NCBI GenBank assembly: GCA_963704755.1
Contig: OY969938.1
Coordinates: 2,310,001 to 2,342,000 of the forward strand
Reading direction: 5' to 3'
DNA length: 32,000 nucleotides
Origin: an uncultured Chloroflexia bacterium
GTDB lineage: Bacteria > Chloroflexota > Anaerolineae > Anaerolineales > Anaerolineaceae
The stretch's first letter is position 1. The number at the start of each line of letters is the position of its first letter. Position numbers and translations under genes: made by a program. The notes beneath the pieces are model-generated. The model ran no database searches. It saw only the letters and a list, made by a program, of their open reading frames with translations, and was not told where the DNA came from. Positions 16,552 through 24,484 of this stretch are shown piece by piece.

Positions 16552-17619
16552 TCAGTTATTCCCAACATTGAATGGAATCGCTCCAAAGAGCCGCGTTCCC
16601 TTGCCCGGTGCGGATTCGATATCAATGCTACCCCCTAACATCAGAAAACGTTCCCGGATTCCATGCAGCCCAAACCCTTCGTGGAGGTCCATCAAATCAA
16701 AACCCTGGCCGTTATCTTCCAGGGATATACTCAAATCACCATCTTCATAATCCAGGTTGATCCAAACCGACGATGCCCGAGCATGTTTGGCGACATTGGT
16801 TAATCCTTCCTGTACAAACCGATAGAAAACAGTGGCGATATTATCAGGCAGTTCAGGAAAATCTTCCTGGAAACCAAAGTCAACGTGCAGGTTATTGGAT
16901 TCATTAAATGTGGAGCAAAATGCAGCTAAGACCTTAGGAAGGGGCATTTTGCTCAAAGATGGGGGATACAATTGATAAAAAATTTGCCGGACGTGTTTTA
17001 TGGTAGTTTCCGTATTTCGAATGACACTGTCAATGTCTTGAAGAGAAATTGGCTGTTTCTTTTCGACCGTCTCTCGGATCAAGCGAAGCTCGAAAAGCAA
17101 GGCCGTCATTTTCTGACCGACATCATCGTGTAAGTCCTGCGAGATTCGCCGGCGTTCGTCTTCTTGCACGGTGATCAACTCCAGAAGAACCTGCTTTAAA
17201 CGCTCTTCTGTCTCGACTTGCTGGCTAATATCCACGATGCAGATTGCATAGCAATCTGGTAAATGTTCATCTCCTTTAAATGGAGAAATCACGACTTGTT
17301 TCCAATGTCCCTGGTCCTGATATCGGGCTGTGATCGGTTGCCCGATTTCCACCACTTGATTGAATAGAATTTTGTGATGATCCTTAATCGCTTTCGAGTC
17401 GATGCTCCAAATGCATGTACCCGGCATCTCACCTGGTGATTTTCTCCAATCCCGAGCGACCGTTTCATTGCCAAATAGAATTATCCCGTTCGGGTCAACG
17501 AGAACCACGCCGATGGCCTGTGCATCCAATAATGGCCAGACAATCTTATCGAGAGAGGATATATCCATAGGATTATTTTTCGTTCTGAAACGAGTAAGAA
17601 GAGACCTTATAAAAACCAT
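16552..17619 (-). CDS. PAS-HisKA_3-HATPase_c sensor histidine kinase
   Basis: 355 aa. Contains a PAS-like N-terminus, H-box ERRRISQDLHDDVGQKMTAL, N-box QEGLTNVAKHA, G1 DNGQGF and G2 GFGLHGIRER. It ends 7 nt before the regulator start. Confidence 0.9.
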   Translation of the reverse strand: MVFIRSLLTRFRTKNNPMDISSLDKIVWPLLDAQAIGVVLVDPNGIILFGNETVARDWRKSPGEMPGTCIWSIDSKAIKDHHKILFNQVVEIGQPITARYQDQGHWKQVVISPFKGDEHLPDCYAICIVDISQQVETEERLKQVLLELITVQEDERRRISQDLHDDVGQKMTALLFELRLIRETVEKKQPISLQDIDSVIRNTETTIKHVRQIFYQLYPPSLSKMPLPKVLAAFCSTFNESNNLHVDFGFQEDFPELPDNIATVFYRFVQEGLTNVAKHARASSVWINLDYEDGDLSISLEDNGQGFDLMDLHEGFGLHGIRERFLMLGGSIDIESAPGKGTRLFGAIPFNVGNN

Positions 17620-17673
17620 ACTTATCTATGAAAAAGATGGTTTTGCTCAACCCTATGGGTAAGAACCCCGAAT

Positions 17674-17697
17674 TCCTTAACAAAAGCCTGAGTAGTT
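17674..17697 (+). repeat. Solo end-fragment of the long-hairpin element seen at 18760-18870
   Basis: TCCTTAACAAAAGCCTGAGTAGTT compared with TCCTTAATCCGTGCTTGAGTAGTT (18846-18869). GCCTGAGTAGTT is the exact reverse complement of the element's left end. Confidence 0.35.
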
Positions 17698-18024
17698 TCA
17701 AAAAGTCAATCCTTGCGGCTCGATCTTAACTGTACATATTGTACTTTGAAATTTTCTGGCAGCCTGACACTGCCTTGTTGTCGCAGGCAGGTAAAACGAT
17801 TGTCACTATTATTTTCGCTGGTTTCAAAACACAATCTTAAAATCACCTTCCTTACAAGTTCAATGGTTTCAAATCAAAATTATCCCCGGAAGGTACGCCT
17901 GCAAGAGCTTTTCCCGCAGTTTATTTTCGATTGGCTCCATCAAAACCAGACCTGCCTATTTTGTTTGAGGCACAATTTGTCACATATCTTTCCCCTCCAG
18001 CGACTTTAATAATGTGGCTACAAT

Positions 18025-18282
18025 TTGATGAACGGATCCCGCAAAGGAATATCAATGGATGAAAACAAGACCCTCACGAAAGAAGCATCTGCCTTTATGG
18101 TGAGCAAATCCGAAGAGGCAGGCCAGGCAGAAGGGGTAAATTTTAGCGAACGTTGCCGCAAAAATGCGACCCCGGTCTTGTATTACCTCTACAGATGGGT
18201 ACACAACGTGGCGGATGCCGAAGGCCTGACCTCACAGACTTTTGTGACCGCGCTCGAGAATTTGTCCAGATTGGTCGAGTAA
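18025..18282 (+). pseudogene. Remnant of an ECF-type sigma-70 factor (region 2 only)
   Basis: ...PVLYYLYRWVHNVADAEGLTSQTFVTALENLSRL resembles sigma70 region 2.1-2.2. It then stops, with no region 4 in any frame downstream. Motif memory only. Confidence 0.3.
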
Positions 18283-18407
18283 CAAAGTATACATTCCTTA
18301 TGCTTTTTACGATTTTTAGACATTATGTAGATATTTTGGGGGACGTGGATAGCCCAATTCGGATAAGATAATATTTACAAACGAACTATCAATAAAAGGA
18401 GACAAAA

Positions 18408-18683
18408 ATGCTCAACAATAAAATTCCCGAAAATGAAAAACTCGAGACACAAGAAGAAATTGGCGTAGTGAACAACGAACCGGAAAACCGCGATAGCGCC
18501 GGATCGACTCCGATCGAGGAAGAAGTTGGCGTAGTGAACAACGAGCCGGAAAACCGCGATAAAACCGAATCGACCCCGGTCGAGGAAGAGATTGGGGTGG
18601 TGAACAATGAAACACCTGGCAAAGGGGAGCCCGGAGAACCCATTGTTGGAAGAATTTATAACGAAAAAGTCGATCAGAAATAA
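18408..18683 (+). CDS. Small, highly acidic protein made of three 22-aa tandem repeats (EE[IV]GVVNNEPENRD..STP[IV]E)
   Basis: Strong SD AAGGAG 8 nt before the ATG. It has 66-nt DNA repeats starting at 18453, 18519 and 18585. The differences in the conserved peptide core are mostly synonymous (GGCGTAGTG vs GGGGTGGTG, GAA vs GAG). A 22-bp hairpin follows the stop. Confidence 0.65.
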   Translation: MLNNKIPENEKLETQEEIGVVNNEPENRDSAGSTPIEEEVGVVNNEPENRDKTESTPVEEEIGVVNNETPGKGEPGEPIVGRIYNEKVDQK

Positions 18684-18703
18684 TTCTGATCTCCGCCAAA
18701 GAA

Positions 18704-18759
18704 CTATAAATGATCTGTTGTTTTTGAAGTATGTAGAAAAAACAACAGATCATTTATAG
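18704..18759 (+). terminator. 22-bp perfect hairpin right after the repeat-protein gene
   Basis: CTATAAATGATCTGTTGTTTTT (18704-18725) pairs with AAAAACAACAGATCATTTATAG (18738-18759), with a 12-nt loop. A/T runs on both sides suggest a bidirectional terminator. Confidence 0.6.
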
Positions 18760-18870
18760 TAACTACTCAGGCTCCTGTTAAACAGTTCCCAAATTCGAGG
18801 TGTTCGCGGGGGCTTCGTCCCCGCGAACACCTCGAATTTGGGAACTCCTTAATCCGTGCTTGAGTAGTTA
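18760..18870. repeat. 111-nt long-hairpin (MITE-like) element with a 28-bp perfect inner stem
   Basis: Inner stem AGTTCCCAAATTCGAGGTGTTCGCGGGG (18784-18811) pairs with 18819-18846. Outer inverted ends are TAACTACTCAGGC (18760-18772) and GCTTGAGTAGTTA (18858-18870). Confidence 0.75.
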
Positions 18871-19161
18871 CCGGTTTTTTATGATCAAGACAAGGAATAT
18901 TGCCATGAGCGATTCTCAACTACCACCTTGGAAGTTCACCTGTAAAACATGCGGCGGCCATAGTTTGACCGTCGCTCATATTTACACCATCCTGGCCGGG
19001 CCGGATACAGAAAATTGGATTTACAAGAGTAAATCCTCAGCCATCTTGTAAAAATTAGCTCAAAGTCGGGAACTGGGTCCGGCAGTCAAAAAGTAACAAA
19101 TTTACCTGTTGCAGTAAAATAATAATGAGGTTATTTAAGAAAGCGTAGGGGTGTTGATCTT

Positions 19162-20727
19162 ATGCAGCAGTACGATCCAAGTTGGAAAGAAAAAGAATGG
19201 CAGTATCGAAACATTTTTGATACTGCCAACGATGGATTGATCATCGACGATTTGGAAACCGGCCGGGTAATCGAAGCGAATCCTGCGGCATGTTTGATGC
19301 ACGGCTATCCACGTGAAGAATTTATTGGTCTGCAACTTGCGGCCTTTATCCACCCCAATAGCCAAAGTGAATTCAGTGAGTACATTCGTACCTTCCAATC
19401 AGATGGCGTGTTCGATGCGCGCATTCTGCATGTGCGCAAAGATGGTTCAACGTTTTATGGCGAGTGGCGCGGGTCGGCATTTACATATCAAGGCCGGCCG
19501 TGTTTGCTGGGTATCGTTCGCGATGTGAGTAAACGGATTCAAGCCGAACAGTTGCTCCACCAGCACGTAGAAACACGCACTCATGAGCAGGCCAAATTGT
19601 TGGAGATCTCACATACCCTGGCATCCACGTTGGAATTTCAGCCGGGGTTGATCCTCGACCAATTACGCGAGATCATCGACTACACACGTGGGGGAATCTT
19701 TGCATTAGAAGACTCGACACTGGTCACCCTGGCCATGCTCGGGACGACGCAGTTGGAACAATCCGCACCTTTTCGCATTCACCTTAAAGGCCCAGAAACC
19801 CTGGCCGTGCTTTTCAACGGGCACCAGCCCATTTGTATCGCCGATATTTGGGGTGACACCCCACAGGCACAGTTTCTACGGTCGCTTCTCGATGATGGCG
19901 CGGCTGCTTTGCTCGAAGGGATGCAGTCGTGGATGTGGGTACCGCTGGCCGTGAGAGGCCGGATCATTGGCGGCGTAGGCGTCGCTGCCACCCCAAAAAA
20001 TTATTTCACATCTCACCACGCCAACCTGGCTCTCAGTGTAGCCAACCAGGCCGCTATTACGATGATCAATGCCGAACTCAATAAACGTGCCCAGTCCGTT
20101 GCGGTATTGGAAGAACGACAGCGCCTGGCGCGCGAACTGCATGATGCGGTCAATCAATCACTCTTCTCCGCCGGTCTGATTGCCGAGGTCTTGCCGCGTT
20201 TATGGGAAAGAGATCAGGAGGAGGCGCGGAGGTCCATCGAGGACTTACGCCGCTTGACGCGCGGTGCGCAGGCCGAAATGCGTGCCCTTCTGGCGGAACT
20301 GCGGCCTTCCACATTGACCGATGCGAACCTGGACGACCTGTTGTACCTTTTGGGAAATGCACTTACGGGTCGAACCAATATACCGGTCACTATTACCTCA
20401 GCAGGGAAGTTTACTCTCCCTTCCGAAGTACAGGTGGCTTTTTACCGCGTGTGCCAGGAAGCGCTGAATAACGTGGCCAAACACACCAAGGCCAGCCGGG
20501 TCGAGATAAACCTGAAACAAGAAGGAGCCGAAATCGCCTTGACCGTTCAGGATGATGGTCAGGGCTTTGACCTGAAACAAAATCTCTCAGGCCACTATGG
20601 GTTGAGCATGATGCGCGAACGCGCCGAAGCCGTGGGGGCCACATTGTGCATCACGAGCCAGCCTGGCAGTGGCACGGAGCTCACACTCCGCTGGATAAAA
20701 ACCTCACCGAATAAGGAGGCCCAATGA
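19162..20727 (+). CDS. PAS-GAF-HisKA_3-HATPase_c sensor histidine kinase
   Basis: 521 aa. Contains a PAS block (NIFDTANDGLIIDD...), a GAF-like block, H-box ERQRLARELHDAVNQSLFS, N-box QEALNNVAKHT, DDGQGF and GHYGLSMMRER. The H-box region is close to that of the kinase at 1-1823. Confidence 0.92.
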   Translation: MQQYDPSWKEKEWQYRNIFDTANDGLIIDDLETGRVIEANPAACLMHGYPREEFIGLQLAAFIHPNSQSEFSEYIRTFQSDGVFDARILHVRKDGSTFYGEWRGSAFTYQGRPCLLGIVRDVSKRIQAEQLLHQHVETRTHEQAKLLEISHTLASTLEFQPGLILDQLREIIDYTRGGIFALEDSTLVTLAMLGTTQLEQSAPFRIHLKGPETLAVLFNGHQPICIADIWGDTPQAQFLRSLLDDGAAALLEGMQSWMWVPLAVRGRIIGGVGVAATPKNYFTSHHANLALSVANQAAITMINAELNKRAQSVAVLEERQRLARELHDAVNQSLFSAGLIAEVLPRLWERDQEEARRSIEDLRRLTRGAQAEMRALLAELRPSTLTDANLDDLLYLLGNALTGRTNIPVTITSAGKFTLPSEVQVAFYRVCQEALNNVAKHTKASRVEINLKQEGAEIALTVQDDGQGFDLKQNLSGHYGLSMMRERAEAVGATLCITSQPGSGTELTLRWIKTSPNKEAQ

Positions 20728-21371
20728 CAATCTCCCCCTCCCAACCTATCCGGGTGATGCTCGTCGACGACCATACGATGGTGCGCCGGGGACTGGCAAC
20801 TTTCTTGAAGGTTTTTGATGACCTGCAATTGGCAGGCGAAGCCGAAAGCGGCGAAGCTGCCATCCAACTCTGCGCCGAGGTCAAGCCAGACGTGATTCTC
20901 ATGGACATGGTTCTGCCGGTGATGGACGGTGCGACCGCCACCCGCGTAATTCGCCAGCAATTTCCACACGTGCAAGTCATTGCGCTGACCAGCTTCAAAG
21001 AGGGAGATCTGATCAAGAACGCGCTGGAATCCGGAGCGATTGGCTACCTGCTTGAAGATGTCTCGGCCGACGAACTTGCCGGGGCTATCCGCGCTGCGCA
21101 CTCCGGCCATACCACACTCTCTCCAGAGGTCGCCCAAGCCCTCGTTCAAACCGTCCAACAGCCGTCGATGCCTGATTTTGATCTTACAGAGCGTGAGTGT
21201 GAAGTTCTAGACTTGATGGTTGAGGGGCTGAACAACACGCAGATTGCCAGAAAGCTGGGCATCAGTCCTTCTACAATTAAATCCCACGTCAGCAACATCC
21301 TGTCTAAATTAGGGGCTGCCAGCCGCACCGAGGCAGTCTCGCTTGCTTTGCGACATAAACTCGTCTCCTGA
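20724..21371 (+). CDS. NarL/LuxR-family response regulator
   Basis: ATGA overlap with the kinase. Contains receiver motifs (VMLVDDH, VILMDMVLP) and a LuxR HTH (LTERECEVLDLMVEGLNNTQIARKLGISPSTIKSHVSNILSKLG). Confidence 0.92.
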   Translation: MTISPSQPIRVMLVDDHTMVRRGLATFLKVFDDLQLAGEAESGEAAIQLCAEVKPDVILMDMVLPVMDGATATRVIRQQFPHVQVIALTSFKEGDLIKNALESGAIGYLLEDVSADELAGAIRAAHSGHTTLSPEVAQALVQTVQQPSMPDFDLTERECEVLDLMVEGLNNTQIARKLGISPSTIKSHVSNILSKLGAASRTEAVSLALRHKLVS

Positions 21372-21473
21372 CCCTTTTTCGCAAGTAGTGCCTGCAATCT
21401 CCCCCAACTGGCGGAGAAGAACACTCCCCAGTAGGTGGATGCAGCCGGGATGTGTTTGTTGTAGTATGAATTC

Positions 21474-21845
21474 ATGACCCGTGTATTCCTGGCCGATGCT
21501 AAAGCTGAAGAGCGCTCTGCTCTTCGCCTGCTGCTTCTTGATCTGCAATTGGAAGTGGTTGGCGAAGCTACCGATTGGCCGGCTGCGTTAGCCCAGGCGC
21601 CAATCAGTAACACAGAAATGCTTTTGATCGAATGGGGTTTACTCCCTAAAGCCCCAACTGCTGCTCTTGAAGATCTGCGAAAGGCTTGCCCAGCCGCGCT
21701 GGTCATCGTCCTCATCAGCCCCCTGGACGCCCTTCAGCAAGCTGCGCTTTCGGCCGGCGCCGATGCGTTTATTAGCAAAAGCGAAATGCCTGAGCGAATT
21801 GCCGAGCGATTGCGAAGTATTGCTGCTGCCGTTCCATTAAAATGA
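21474..21845 (+). CDS. Stand-alone receiver-like (pseudo-receiver) protein with Glu at the phospho-acceptor position
   Basis: 123 aa with a REC-like beta/alpha periodicity: RVFLADA, LEVVGEA, EMLLIEWGLLP, ALVIVLIS, GADAFISKS. E replaces the usual D in the LLIE motif. Confidence 0.6.
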   Translation: MTRVFLADAKAEERSALRLLLLDLQLEVVGEATDWPAALAQAPISNTEMLLIEWGLLPKAPTAALEDLRKACPAALVIVLISPLDALQQAALSAGADAFISKSEMPERIAERLRSIAAAVPLK

Positions 21846-22211
21846 AGCCGTCTGGCTGACGAGATGGACGTGAATAACCGGCGCACTAAGCTGCCCTAAG
21901 CGCCGGGGTAAACTGGGACAGCTTTTCGAAAAAATCAGGAAGATCAACATGGCGGTCATGGGTGCGGTCCAGGCCGGCTGTTGCCTTAATTCCCTATCCC
22001 AAGGTGGGGCGAGGGATGATGCGATCCCCCTGGTTGAGATGGCCGTGTTCCGCCATTCCGCGAGGGATCACCTGTCAGATCTACTGCTGGCAATAATGCA
22101 GTTGATTTTCTTCCCCCTAAAAATAACGGGCTGCATAATTGTGAAATGCTCCGGTCCCTTATATCAATGGGCCTATCGCATTTAAGCATGGTCCTGGTTT
22201 AGGAGGCCTAA

Positions 22212-22595
22212 ATGGCAAGCCCAACAATGTTAGCAGAAAGAGCGACTCAAAAGGAACCGAAAAGAGGGCAGCGGGTTAACTCTTTTAAGGTTACGCAATT
22301 TGTCTGGCTGTTCCTGGGTCTGCTCGAAACCCTGATTGGACTGCGTATCTGGTTCAAACTGATCGTGGCCGACCCAAAAAGCCTGATTATCCAATTTGTG
22401 TATCGTTTCACCAGTCCTTTCGTAAATCCCTTAGCAGGTTTAAGGGGAACGCCGGCTGTGAATGGCTTAGGAGTGGAAAGTTGGTCCATAATTGCTATGT
22501 TCGTTTATGCCTTACTCGCCTGGGAGCTCGAAAGAATAATCTGGGTGGCTTTTTATCGTCCACGGGAGAATGTGGAAGGCGTGACTAAACAATGA
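22212..22595 (+). CDS. YggT-family membrane protein
   Basis: SD AGGAGG before the ATG. The pattern QFVWLFLGLLETLIGLRIWFKLIVADPKS...FVYRFTSPFVNPLAGL...VESWSIIAMFVYALLAW matches the actinobacterial/chloroflexal YggT-like layout I remember. Confidence 0.7.
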   Translation: MASPTMLAERATQKEPKRGQRVNSFKVTQFVWLFLGLLETLIGLRIWFKLIVADPKSLIIQFVYRFTSPFVNPLAGLRGTPAVNGLGVESWSIIAMFVYALLAWELERIIWVAFYRPRENVEGVTKQ

Positions 22596-22730
22596 CCGGC
22601 CATCCATAGTGAAGAAGGGAAAATGAGCATTTTAACCGAGAAATACAAGCCGGATATCAGACGACCAGGTCCCTTATGGGCCATATCTTGTCAGCATTTA
22701 ACTTTTGAGCCAGGCGGACAAGAACCCAAT

Positions 22731-22775
22731 ATTTGAGGTGTTGGCGAGTACAAAGTACTCGCCAACACCTCAAAT
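22731..22775. repeat. 21-bp perfect hairpin of the GAGGTGTT family, about 65 nt upstream of the radical SAM gene
   Basis: ATTTGAGGTGTTGGCGAGTAC-AAA-GTACTCGCCAACACCTCAAAT. It shares the core AATT(C)GAGGTGTT(C/G)GCG with 18784-18846. Confidence 0.75.
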
Positions 22776-22840
22776 TCGAATTATTTACCTGTTGGGCTTA
22801 ACAATTGCAGCAAAAATGTTCTAGATGGAAGGAGGCAGAG

Positions 22841-24319
22841 GTGAAAATTTTGCTTGTTTATCCGGAATTTCCGGATACCTTTTGGAGTTTTAAACACGCC
22901 CTCAAATTTGTGCATAAGCAGGCCGGTGCACCTCCCTTGGGTCTGTTGACGGTTGCAGCCATGCTGCCCGCAGATTGGGAAAAACGATTGGTCGACCTCA
23001 ACGCAACCAGCCTGACGGATGGCGACTTAGCCTGGGCCGATTACGTCTTCGTCAGCGCCATGATTGTGCAGCGTGAATCGGCGCGCGCCGTTATCCGGCG
23101 CTGCAAATTGGCCGGCGCAAAAGTAGTCGCAGGCGGCCCGCTTTTTACAATGGAATACGAGCAATTCCCAGAGGTGGACTATTTTGTTTTAAATGAAGCC
23201 GAGGAGACCCTGGCACCGTTCTTACACGACCTGGAACAGGGCCAGGCTCAGCATGTCTATACCTCGACGGAATACCCGGATATCCACCTGACCCCGACCC
23301 CTCTCTGGCGGTTGGTGAACCTCAAGCAATACGACACGGTCAGTATTCAATTCTCGCGCGGCTGCCCCTTCAATTGTGATTTTTGCAATGTAACCGCACT
23401 GTTGGGCCATATTCCGCGCACCAAGACCGCCGCGCAAATCATCACCGAGCTGGACAGTCTTTACACGTTGGGTTGGCGCAAGAGCATCTTCTTTGTGGAC
23501 GACAACTTTATCGGCAACAAAAAGCATATCAAAGGGGAAGTTTTGCCAGCCTTGATTGAATGGCGAAAAGGCAAAACCGGCATGCCCTTCAGCACAGAAG
23601 TTTCGATTAACCTGGCCGATGACCCGGTATTGCTCCAGCTTATGGTCCAGGCCGGATTCGACACGGTGTTTGTCGGCATCGAGACACCCAATGAAGACAG
23701 CCTGACCGAATGCAGCAAGAATCAAAACAAGGGTCGCGATCTGGTGGAGAGCGTCAAACTCCTCCAGCGAGCTGGCCTCCAGGTTCAAGGCGGATTTATC
23801 GTCGGGTTCGACAATGATTCCCCTTCGATCTTCCAGCAGCAAATCGATTTTATTCAAAAGAGCGGTATCGTAACCGCGATGGTCGGATTACTTCAGGCCC
23901 CTCTCGGAACGCGATTGTACTCGCGCATGGAGCAGGAAGGCCGCCTGCTCCATGACTTTTCCGGCGACAATGTGGATGGCTCGACCAACATCATCCCCAA
24001 AATGGGCATCGAACCGCTGCGGAACGGTTACCGTGAAATTCTGGATCAAATCTACTCGCCGAAGTTTTATTACGAGCGTGTTTTGACGTTCCTTCGCGAA
24101 TACCAGCCGCCAAAAATCAGAATTCACATGGAAACGCAGTATTTCCTGGCCTTATGGCGGTCTATTTACCAACTGGGTATTCGCGGTGTCGAACGCGTCC
24201 AATACTGGCGGCTCTTTTTCTGGACCCTCTTTCGCCGCCCGCGCCTGTTTCCCCTGGCGATCACATTCGCTATTTACGGCTTCCATTTTCGCCAGGTTGC
24301 CGAATTACATGTCAATTGA
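22841..24319 (+). CDS. B12-binding-domain radical SAM protein (class B, DUF4070-type C-terminus)
   Basis: KILLVYPEFPDTFWSFKHALKFV...PPLGLLTVAAMLP (B12-binding-like N-terminus) and the radical SAM cluster motif CPFNCDFC. The start is placed at GTG 22841 (GGAGG 6 nt upstream) rather than the track's TTG 22805. Confidence 0.85.
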   Translation: MKILLVYPEFPDTFWSFKHALKFVHKQAGAPPLGLLTVAAMLPADWEKRLVDLNATSLTDGDLAWADYVFVSAMIVQRESARAVIRRCKLAGAKVVAGGPLFTMEYEQFPEVDYFVLNEAEETLAPFLHDLEQGQAQHVYTSTEYPDIHLTPTPLWRLVNLKQYDTVSIQFSRGCPFNCDFCNVTALLGHIPRTKTAAQIITELDSLYTLGWRKSIFFVDDNFIGNKKHIKGEVLPALIEWRKGKTGMPFSTEVSINLADDPVLLQLMVQAGFDTVFVGIETPNEDSLTECSKNQNKGRDLVESVKLLQRAGLQVQGGFIVGFDNDSPSIFQQQIDFIQKSGIVTAMVGLLQAPLGTRLYSRMEQEGRLLHDFSGDNVDGSTNIIPKMGIEPLRNGYREILDQIYSPKFYYERVLTFLREYQPPKIRIHMETQYFLALWRSIYQLGIRGVERVQYWRLFFWTLFRRPRLFPLAITFAIYGFHFRQVAELHVN

Positions 24320-24484
24320 GCCAGGCCCAGGCCGCTGTATATGGAATTTGAAGGTAACTGCTCCGGCAGGTCCAGAAGGAGTGGGTGTTCTTCTGGGATG
24401 TTTGAGCAGTTACGATTGAAGAACAGAATAGACACAGCGCAGTAAATTGGCAAGGTAATTCAGTTCGAATTGGAGGATTTTAAA

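Noticed and set aside
18800-19051. 83-aa ORF (possible shorter version from ATG 18905, MSDSQLPPWKFTCKTCGG...)
   Set aside because: The long version starts inside the 28-bp hairpin element. The short version has a single CxxC, no clear SD and no recognisable family, which is insufficient support.
19100-19111. Exact 12-mer ATTTACCTGTTG, also at 22783-22794, each about 50 nt upstream of a start codon (kinase 19162, radical SAM 22841)
   Set aside because: Tens of exact 12-mer coincidences are expected by chance in a 32-kb window when both strands are considered. The flanks do not extend the match.
20595-21715. Minus-strand ORFs 20595..21158, 20681..21016 and 21146..21715
   Set aside because: They are antisense to the NarL-type regulator and the receiver-like gene, and are Arg/Ser/Ala-rich shadow ORFs.
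22623-22706. 27-codon ORF (MSILTEKYKPDIRRPGPLWAISCQHLTF) with an AAGGGA SD-like motif after the YggT-like gene
   Set aside because: It is too short and featureless to support without expression or conservation data.
23222-24127. Minus-strand ORFs 23222..23857, 23461..23718 and 23888..24127
   Set aside because: They are antisense to the radical SAM gene, which carries the CxxxCxxC motif.
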